Shown piece by piece: positions 61,164-64,000 of a stretch of 64,000 bases of DNA. The notes beneath the pieces were generated by a model, which was given only the letters and a program-made list of their open reading frames with translations, did not search any database and was not told where the DNA came from. Within the stretch, counting starts at the first letter, position 1. Each line of letters starts with the position of its first letter. Location of the stretch: the IMG/VR virus record IMGVR_UViG_3300028048_000077, positions 32,001-96,000 of that record; one strand, given 5' to 3'. Source of the DNA: a virus. Its lineage: Duplodnaviria; Caudoviricetes. Position numbers and translations under genes: made by a program.

Positions 61164-62897
61164 TTATTCTTCCTCTGTAATATCAGTATAACTATTATAC
61201 TGTACATCAGCTACAAGGAACTGATTGGTTAAGAATACAGTACCCATGATCTTATTAATTGCCTCTAAGATATTAGAATCAGACTTGATAGAAGAAAGTA
61301 CAGTATTATCATACTGCTTAGTACGAATATTCATAGGCATCTCATGATTAAACATATCTTCAATCAATCTGATTACTTCATCATCTGCTTTTTCTTTATT
61401 GAAATAGAGACGAGCATAAAGATTCTCATAAGCATCTACAATAATCTGATAAATATTATACTCTTCATTATCATCACTATCACAAAGAAGCTCATCAAAA
61501 GCTGCATACCCCTCAAAGTTGGCACCACGACCATAACCATTAATAGCAGCAGAACGGCAGTTTAATACAGCATCTTCTACCAAATCTCTAAGAGCATCTC
61601 TATCAGTAAGAGAAATACCACCTACAAAGATCTCAACGAGATTAGATTTGAATGCATTAATACGACGCTTCAAAGTAGCAATCTCTACAATGTTCTCTCT
61701 AGTCTCTTCAAGAGAAGCAAGCTTATCTTTCATATCCTCAAGACGAGAATTATAGAGATCAGATAGAGTACCATCTTCATTATGCATCAGAACAGGATTA
61801 ATGAATTTAGTATTATTAGAAGTAGAGATTACTGCTTCTGCATGACCACAGAAATTATGAATATTTTCAATAGTAGGAGCTAAACCTCTCTCCTGATCAG
61901 CCTTTAATAATGCTGGATCAATATACTTGCGAATAAGTTTAGCACCAGACAGATATGCTAAATCCATCAAATAATCAGTCTTACTAATATTAGTAATAAT
62001 ATTCAATGGGTACATTACTCTCTTTGCAGGAGGCATCTGAGCCATACCTTTAACAAAGTCATCAATAACACTAATTACATCTGTACCAATACGAGGGCAT
62101 ACAATTATAGTAGGAACTACTTTATCAAATTCTCTCTTAGAAGCAGGTTCAGTAATATTATCATATATTACTTTTTCCATATATGCAGAAATCTCAATAG
62201 TATCAATAGGATCCTCAAAGATATAAATCTCAGGATTTCTGATTTCACAAGTATGCTTCTCTGTATTATTGATAAGAGCTACATCACCATATCCAGAAGG
62301 AATAGTAAATCCATCATGCTCTCTTGTCATAGTTTCTGTTCCACCAGATACTCCAACATCAATGAATACATCCATACCATACTGCTTATAAATATCAGTA
62401 ATCAGATTAGCAATGTACTCATTATTATCTGTAGAAATCATAGCAATCTTATAGATATCTTCTACAGTAGTTTCAATTCTATTGGATTCAATAATCTCAA
62501 TAGCTTCATTAACTGCAGTATTAAAATCAGCAATAAGTTGCTTATCAGAAATATTAAATTTCTTACTTGCGTCACAGAGATTCTTAAAAATCTCATATGC
62601 AAGAATAACCGCAGACGTAGTACCATCACCAACTGTAGTAACAATTCTACGAGTAATATCTACAAGATTCTGTTTCATTGTAAACTCAATTGGACCAGTA
62701 AACATGATTTCCTGAAGAATAGTATGACCATCCTTAGTATATCTAGCAATATCTTTCTCTTTACGATATGCAGTGTTTACTCCATTAGGACCAAAAGATT
62801 TAGTAAGAGTATCTGCAAGTACTTTAAGTGTAGCAGTCTGTACTACTCTAAGAGAATCTTTATTTACAATATTAGAACGAACTTTGAATTTACCCAT
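61164..62897 (-). CDS. groEL: GroEL-like chaperonin
   Basis: SFGPNG, TKDGHTI, GDGTTSA, EDAVLNCRSA. Confidence 0.92.
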   Translation of the reverse strand: MGKFKVRSNIVNKDSLRVVQTATLKVLADTLTKSFGPNGVNTAYRKEKDIARYTKDGHTILQEIMFTGPIEFTMKQNLVDITRRIVTTVGDGTTSAVILAYEIFKNLCDASKKFNISDKQLIADFNTAVNEAIEIIESNRIETTVEDIYKIAMISTDNNEYIANLITDIYKQYGMDVFIDVGVSGGTETMTREHDGFTIPSGYGDVALINNTEKHTCEIRNPEIYIFEDPIDTIEISAYMEKVIYDNITEPASKREFDKVVPTIIVCPRIGTDVISVIDDFVKGMAQMPPAKRVMYPLNIITNISKTDYLMDLAYLSGAKLIRKYIDPALLKADQERGLAPTIENIHNFCGHAEAVISTSNNTKFINPVLMHNEDGTLSDLYNSRLEDMKDKLASLEETRENIVEIATLKRRINAFKSNLVEIFVGGISLTDRDALRDLVEDAVLNCRSAAINGYGRGANFEGYAAFDELLCDSDDNEEYNIYQIIVDAYENLYARLYFNKEKADDEVIRLIEDMFNHEMPMNIRTKQYDNTVLSSIKSDSNILEAINKIMGTVFLTNQFLVADVQYNSYTDITEEE

Positions 62898-63570
62898 TTG
62901 CTTTTTCTTCCTCCTCTTTTAACGGTGGTAAACAATAAGAGAATCCAGTATACATATCAATAGTTTTAGGTAAAGCTGGAAAGTATGCATAAGCTTCATC
63001 TTTAAGATTACCATTATCTTTGTAATTAAGTGCAATATTTAATAGATAAATACATAGATGTGGTTGTTTGAGATTTTTATAAAGCTCTAAATCATACACA
63101 TCTCTAACAATTACAATATCATAATCTGTAGTATCATATCCATCTACTACTACTGGATAATCATTCGGAACTATTCTTTTTAAATAATTATACTGAATGG
63201 TATCCTTACAATTAATACAACAAGATATATCACAATCTTTAGCTTTTTTCCATGTATATGTTAATCTAAGTACATCAGTAGGCCTAGAATGTTTAAGTAT
63301 AGCATCTTCAAATTTAGTACATAGATCTTTATATACAGAATCTACATTATCACCAAGCTTATCATTAACTAATAATAATTTTAATGGATTCTTATCTTTG
63401 CTTGCTATTACAGAATTTTTATAGTATGCATCAGATGCTCTTACCATATTAGCTTTAAAATATTCTATTTTAAACTTTTTGGATAATACCATGTATCTAA
63501 ATATACCATAAGTAAAATCTATAGCAGCATTAAAATCTAATAAAACTTTACTACCTCTTCTTTGTTTCAT
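62890..63570 (-). CDS. hypothetical protein (possible HAD-like fold)
   Basis: 226 aa; VLLDFNAAID N-terminus. Confidence 0.6.
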   Translation of the reverse strand: MKQRRGSKVLLDFNAAIDFTYGIFRYMVLSKKFKIEYFKANMVRASDAYYKNSVIASKDKNPLKLLLVNDKLGDNVDSVYKDLCTKFEDAILKHSRPTDVLRLTYTWKKAKDCDISCCINCKDTIQYNYLKRIVPNDYPVVVDGYDTTDYDIVIVRDVYDLELYKNLKQPHLCIYLLNIALNYKDNGNLKDEAYAYFPALPKTIDMYTGFSYCLPPLKEEEEKANG

Positions 63571-63623
63571 GATTATGCACCAAAAAATAAAAATGAGGAG
63601 AGAATAAATCTCTCCTCAAAGTA

Positions 63624-64000
63624 TTAAGCCATCTCTAATTCTTCAAGGGTTGTATTTCTAGTAGTAGCTGAAGAAGTATTATAAGAAGATTCTCCAGAAC
63701 CAGAATTACCACCATTATTGAAATAACTGGTGCGACTATAGTTATTTCTATGTGAAGATGCATTCAGATCTACGCCTAACTTCTCTGCAATCTTACGAGC
63801 ATCATCACGTACTTTATTGATACCGAAGTTTACAGCATCATAACATGCACCAGAAATACCACCAGACTGACCAAGAACATACTGCTCTAACTGGTAATGA
63901 AGAAGTTCAAATTCATTATAAGCATATGGTTCAGTTTCAGTAGTATATTTACCAGTCTTGTTATCATAGTTCAATACTGCAAAATCAGAACCAATCTTGA
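63624..64000 (-). CDS. 5'-truncated protein with G/S/N-rich tail and acidic end (SSB-like terminus)
   Basis: Frame open to the window end; ends TTLEELEMA. Confidence 0.5.
   Translation of the reverse strand, partial: KIGSDFAVLNYDNKTGKYTTETEPYAYNEFELLHYQLEQYVLGQSGGISGACYDAVNFGINKVRDDARKIAEKLGVDLNASSHRNNYSRTSYFNNGGNSGSGESSYNTSSATTRNTTLEELEMA

Noticed and set aside
1-64000. tRNA genes, chimallin or PhuZ
   Set aside because: No cloverleaf with T-loop consensus and no recognisable nucleus-shell or tubulin motifs were found by eye; tRNAscan-SE and HMM searches are needed to exclude them.

Overview
AT-rich (roughly 27-30% GC by eye), densely coding segment of a jumbo bacteriophage of the phiKZ/AR9-like type, probably infecting a Bacillota host (strong AGGAGG Shine-Dalgarno sites, RpoD-like region 4). 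It encodes split multisubunit RNA polymerase subunits (beta, beta'-C, a beta'-N gene in three exons, and a likely AR9 gp226-like promoter-specificity subunit), DNA primase, GroEL-like chaperonin, prohead protease, ThyX, dTMP kinase, RNase H, an M15 peptidase and many structural or unknown proteins. Features not visible in the ORF track: (1) a four-member family of late-expressed LamG/lectin-like genes with a G-run at codons ~14-18 (interrupted and at ~29-32 in one member) and a shared C-terminal motif; one is in frame, two are frameshifted exactly at the G tract, and one has a TGA at a conserved Trp, which suggests phase-variable virion adhesins; (2) two paralogous group I introns splitting the RNAP active-site motifs (NRN^PSI and NADFDG^D), one carrying an antisense HNH endonuclease with its own late-type promoter; (3) four dispersed, highly structured transcripts encoding 26-39 aa hydrophobic peptides (type I toxin-like); (4) two tandem promoter-terminator units with no sense ORF in the track that carry anti-Shine-Dalgarno sequences, one nearly identical to the 16S rRNA 3' tail; (5) inferred early (TATACTATATATATGA) and late (RACH-N6-TA) promoter motifs, plus a conserved palindrome family. 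Protein assignments rest on motif recognition by eye; no searches were run.
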